Below are positions 61,492 to 64,000 of a stretch of DNA of 64,000 nucleotides, in pieces. The notes under the pieces were generated by a model that saw only the letters and a program-made list of their open reading frames with translations, searched no databases and was not told the DNA's origin. Source of the DNA: an uncultured Alphaproteobacteria bacterium. GTDB lineage: Bacteria; Pseudomonadota; Alphaproteobacteria; Acetobacterales; Acetobacteraceae. Within the stretch, counting starts at the first letter, position 1. Every line of letters starts with the position of its first letter. The stretch is taken from assembly GCA_963818775.1 (NCBI GenBank), contig CAWFUF010000029.1:1918-65917 (forward strand), in the 5' to 3' direction. A program made the position numbers and the translations under genes.

Positions 61492-61944
61492 ATGCAGCCA
61501 CGAATCGATACCGCACGCGTCAGCCAGGATGCCTACAAGGCCATGCTGGGCCTGCAATCCTACGTCAATTCGAGCGATCTGGAACCACAGTTGAAAGAAC
61601 TGGTGAAGATCCGCACCTCGCAGATCAACGGCTGCGCGTTCTGCCTGCACATGCACACGCGCGACGCACGCAAGGCCGGCAAGTCACAGGAGCGCCTCGA
61701 TCTGATCGGTGCATGGCGTGAGGCGCCCGTATTCTCGCCACGTGAGCGCGCCGCGCTGGCATGGACCGAGTCGGTCACCCGCGTCGCCGATACCCACGTA
61801 CCGGACGACGTCTACGAAACGGCGCGAGCCGAGTTCAGCGAGCGCGAGTTGGTCGATCTCACGATGGCGGTGGTGGCGATCAACGGCTGGAACCGGTTGA
61901 TGGTCGCGTTCCGGGTTCCACCCGCCGTATTGCGCAACGCCTGA
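61492..61944 (+). CDS. carboxymuconolactone decarboxylase (AhpD-like) family protein
   Basis: KIRTSQINGCAFCLHMH (CxxC...H). GGAGG RBS lies 6 nt upstream. Confidence 0.85.
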   Translation: MQPRIDTARVSQDAYKAMLGLQSYVNSSDLEPQLKELVKIRTSQINGCAFCLHMHTRDARKAGKSQERLDLIGAWREAPVFSPRERAALAWTESVTRVADTHVPDDVYETARAEFSERELVDLTMAVVAINGWNRLMVAFRVPPAVLRNA

Positions 61945-61950
61945 GCCGGC

Positions 61951-62679
61951 TCAGTGCCGCGGCTCTGACGCCATCTGCCGCAAGGCGACGCCGTCGCAGA
62001 TCGTAATGCGACCGGGCTCGACGGTGACGGTGCCCTCGCGGCGCAGATGCGCCAGTAGCCGGCACACCGTCTCGATCGTCAGCCCGAGATGATCGGCGAT
62101 GTCGGTGCGGCTCATCGGCAGGTCCAGCACCTGCGGGCGCGTTTCGGGCAGGCGCTCCGCCATCTCCAGCAGAAATGTGGCGATCCGCTCGGTCGCGGTC
62201 TTCCGTCCGAGCAGCACCAGGCGCGTATAGGCCATGCGCAGGCTGATCGAGGTCAGATCGCGTAGCCGGCGCGTCAGCGCCACGTTGCTCTCGGCCAGCG
62301 CATCCACCATCCGGCGCGGATAGCGCCGCAACACGACGTCCGACACCGCCTCGGCCGAAAAGTCGTAGGTCTCCAGCGCATCGAAGCCCAGCAGGTCGCC
62401 ACCCAACAGGAACTCGCCGATCTGGCGCCGGCCGTCCTCCATCAACCTGACCATCCGAACGCAGCCGCTCAGGATGCGGTAGCAGTAATCCGCCCGAACC
62501 CCCTGACCATGAATTTCCCGGTCATGCATCACGGTGACCGTGGTGCCGAACTGCTCCAGCAGATCGAGCGCATCGCGTGGCGCCGGCTGCAGCCGCGGCC
62601 GAATGGCGGCATTCCGGGCACTCGCATCGCCAAAGCGCTGTTCCGTCCGCTGCATTGTCGCCTGCATCCGTCTCTCCAT
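61951..62679 (-). CDS. fixK: Crp/Fnr-family regulator, FixK type (no N-terminal Cys cluster)
   Basis: cNMP-binding-like barrel and a C-terminal HTH MSRTDIADHLGLTIETVCRLL. It lacks the Fnr-type cysteines. Confidence 0.75.
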   Translation of the reverse strand: MERRMQATMQRTEQRFGDASARNAAIRPRLQPAPRDALDLLEQFGTTVTVMHDREIHGQGVRADYCYRILSGCVRMVRLMEDGRRQIGEFLLGGDLLGFDALETYDFSAEAVSDVVLRRYPRRMVDALAESNVALTRRLRDLTSISLRMAYTRLVLLGRKTATERIATFLLEMAERLPETRPQVLDLPMSRTDIADHLGLTIETVCRLLAHLRREGTVTVEPGRITICDGVALRQMASEPRH

Positions 62680-62799
62680 CGCCCGCTAAGTGTTTTCGCT
62701 GGCTCCGGGTGTATCGGCGGCTCACGAGGCGCGAAATTCGGAAACGGACGTACGGAATGCTACGTATCACCTCCGGAATGCGCTGGCAGGAGTCGCCTG

Positions 62800-63426
62800 A
62801 TGGCTGAGGCACCTCTGGTCCATATAGTAGACGACGATGCGTCCGTGCGGGATTCATTGATGGTTCTCCTGGAGTCGGCGGGATACGCGGTGCGTGCCTA
62901 CGATTCAGCCGTGGCCTTCCTGCAGGCGGCTTCCGATCGCACGGCCGGCTGCGTGCTGACCGACGTGCAAATGCCGGAACTCAATGGCCTGGAATTGCAG
63001 CGTCGCATGAGTGAGCAGGGCATCCGCCTGCCGGTGATCGTGATGACCGGCCATGGCGATGTGCCGATCGCGGTGGAGGCCATGAAGGCCGGCGCCGCGG
63101 ACTTCCTCGAAAAGCCGTTTGGCGACGAGCAGTTGCTGACAGCGGTCAGCGGCGCCGTCGCGATCAACCGACGGGTGCGCGACGAGGCCGCGGCCGTGGC
63201 CGACACCATGAGGCGCCTTGCCACGCTCACCCCGCGCGAGCGCGAAGTACTGGGCCACCTGGTGGCCGGTCAGCCGAACAAGACGATCGCGTACGATCTC
63301 GGCTCCAGCCCACGTACTGTCGAAGTGCACCGGGCGCGCGTCATGGAGAAGATGGGTGCCCGCAGCCTGCCGGAGCTGGTGCGCATGACGATCGCGGCGG
63401 AACACGCAAAAGCGTCGGGCCGTTGA
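62800..63426 (+). CDS. fixJ: FixJ-type response regulator (receiver + LuxR HTH)
   Basis: VHIVDDDASVRDSL, VLTDVQMPELNG, VMTGHGD, LEKPF and LTPREREVLGHLVAGQPNKTIAYDLGSSPRTVEVHRARVMEKM. Confidence 0.85.
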   Translation: MAEAPLVHIVDDDASVRDSLMVLLESAGYAVRAYDSAVAFLQAASDRTAGCVLTDVQMPELNGLELQRRMSEQGIRLPVIVMTGHGDVPIAVEAMKAGAADFLEKPFGDEQLLTAVSGAVAINRRVRDEAAAVADTMRRLATLTPREREVLGHLVAGQPNKTIAYDLGSSPRTVEVHRARVMEKMGARSLPELVRMTIAAEHAKASGR

Positions 63427-63436
63427 CCTAGGTCAA
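63423..63436. promoter_or_regulatory. FixK-type box TTGAC-CTAG-GTCAA (perfect dyad)
   Basis: A perfect 14-bp palindrome overlapping the fixJ stop codon. Its centre is 86.5 nt upstream of the ATG at 63516. Confidence 0.45.
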
Positions 63437-63515
63437 GGCGGGCTATTCCGGATTCGACGACATTGCATCCATGCTGACCCACAACATCTGCGCGACGGGC
63501 GCGGGAGCAAACAGG

Positions 63516-63887
63516 ATGCAAAGCGGTTCGCGCCGGCTGGTAGCCGTGGTCGACGATGACGACGCGGTACGCGATTCGCTCCGGTTCCTGTTGGAGATCG
63601 CCGGCCACTCCGTCGCCACCTACGGTTCGGCCGCCCAATTTCTCCTCGACGCGCCAGTCGACCAGCTCTCGTGCCTGGTGGTGGACCAGCACATGCCCGA
63701 CCAGACAGGCCTGCAACTGGTGGCCCGTCTGCGCAGCCGGGGCATAACCCTGCCGGTAGCCTTGATCACCGGTTCACCGTCCCCCGACATGATTCGGTTG
63801 GCACGTGACCTCGACGTCGCGGAGGTGCTGGAAAAGCCGCTGGACGATGAGGTGCTGCTGGATTTCATAGAGCGCGCCAGCGACTGA
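63516..63887 (+). CDS. single-domain response regulator (FixT-like candidate)
   Basis: VAVVDDDDAVRDSL, LVVDQHMPDQTG, LITG and LEKP. There is no output domain. Confidence 0.85.
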   Translation: MQSGSRRLVAVVDDDDAVRDSLRFLLEIAGHSVATYGSAAQFLLDAPVDQLSCLVVDQHMPDQTGLQLVARLRSRGITLPVALITGSPSPDMIRLARDLDVAEVLEKPLDDEVLLDFIERASD

Positions 63888-63951
63888 TTGTTACAGACTT
63901 CGCGGCAGACCACTTGCCCGCTGGTGCGGCGTCGCTACACTTCACCGTTCC

Positions 63952-64000
63952 ATGAAGGAATCGGACGTCCCGCCCCAGTCCGACCCGGTCGCCAGCGAGT
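63952..64000 (+). CDS. 5' end of an unidentified ORF running off the window
   Basis: ATG AAG GAA TCG GAC GTC CCG... has high GC3. Only 16 codons are visible. Confidence 0.2.
   Translation, partial: MKESDVPPQSDPVASE

Overview
This is a 64-kb chromosomal segment from a high-G+C alphaproteobacterium. Gene content and the intergenic repeat families suggest Nitrobacteraceae/Bradyrhizobiaceae (Bradyrhizobium/Afipia/Rhodopseudomonas-like); that assignment is inference, not a search result. I support about 60 protein-coding genes, and most are housekeeping or general metabolism. They include korB (5' end cut by the window), a paired acyl-CoA dehydrogenase unit, parE, hom, otsA, the mfd-sdhE-recG block, msrP, pdxY and tag. 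There is also a GldA/F/G-like ABC-2 cluster and a fixK/fixJ/single-domain receiver module at the right edge. One tRNA-Arg(TCT) is present. I found no rRNA, CRISPR array, integrase or transposase, prophage, or canonical defence system. Four genes look decayed: a LivK-like binding protein, a conserved membrane protein frameshifted at a G-run, a GxxExxY nuclease-family gene and an MBL-fold hydrolase. Three short intergenic repeat families recur, and some copies reach into the 3' ends of genes. The most interesting observations are listed below. (1) A divergent pair of HtrA-like proteins, one with an intact catalytic triad and one with all three catalytic residues replaced, sits beside a LuxR-type regulator. 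(2) A ~0.5-kb low-G+C cassette bounded by 37-bp inverted repeats carries the decayed GxxExxY gene immediately after the recG stop. (3) A perfect FixK-type box lies in front of a FixT-like single-domain receiver. (4) An FNR/FixK-like box precedes a coiled-coil protein plus K+ channel unit. (5) Three EcfG-type (general stress) promoter candidates occur with near-identical geometry. (6) A PAS-like protein carries a CxxC-x37-CxxC tail. All functional calls come from reading motifs in the supplied translations. No database search was run. Many start codons are my own choices based on RBS and frame inspection.
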